A stretch of 25,284 nucleotides of DNA from a virus. Taxonomy: Duplodnaviria; Caudoviricetes. The stretch is from the IMG/VR virus record IMGVR_UViG_3300032320_000045, positions 1 to 25,284 of that record; one strand, written 5' to 3'. Under the pieces are notes generated by a model. It was not told the DNA's origin, did no database searches, and worked only from the letters and a program-made list of their open reading frames with translations. A program made the translations under genes and the position numbers. Positions 25,205 to 25,284 of the stretch are shown piece by piece (within the stretch, counting starts at the first letter, position 1; each line of letters starts with the position of its first letter).

Positions 25205-25284
25205 TCCTCCAAAAAATATATATACCCCCACCCATTTGGATTTCAAAACATAAGGGGGGTGTTCCCAGTGTAGCAGAACGTTCG

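Noticed and set aside
250-25253. All plus-strand ORFs and nested alternative-frame minus-strand ORFs in the track
   Set aside because: They lie antisense to or inside well-supported, tightly packed minus-strand genes and show no recognisable motifs.
24987-25253. Plus-strand ORF containing MFHVKH
   Set aside because: That peptide is simply the translation of the parS palindrome, and the ORF is antisense to a more plausible gene.
25224-25260. ACCCCC...GGGGGT inverted repeat as a genome end or pac signal
   Set aside because: Only 6 bp of low-complexity pairing at the window edge; it cannot be supported without flanking sequence or read-end data.

Overview
The window is a contiguous part of a tailed dsDNA phage genome (podovirus-type morphogenesis arm), with nearly all real genes on the minus strand. 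In transcription order (right to left) it holds: small ORFs, a stand-alone LexA-type HTH, terminase large subunit, portal, a GroES-like co-chaperonin, scaffold, a probable decoration protein, major capsid protein, a GT-A glycosyltransferase, a cluster of small Lys/Gly-rich basic proteins, two adaptor-like proteins, a modular tail-fibre set with three Gly-rich paralogues, a lysis cassette (holin-like genes plus an M15 peptidase), and a tail protein running off the left edge that the ORF track misses. The main non-coding signals are a perfect chromosomal-type parS site (25189-25204), two candidate pseudoknotted RNAs (16347-16413 and 24846-24937), 12 copies of the palindrome GTTTAAAC, and an apparent absence of GATC. 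Product calls rest on recognised motifs and gene order; no database searches were run.
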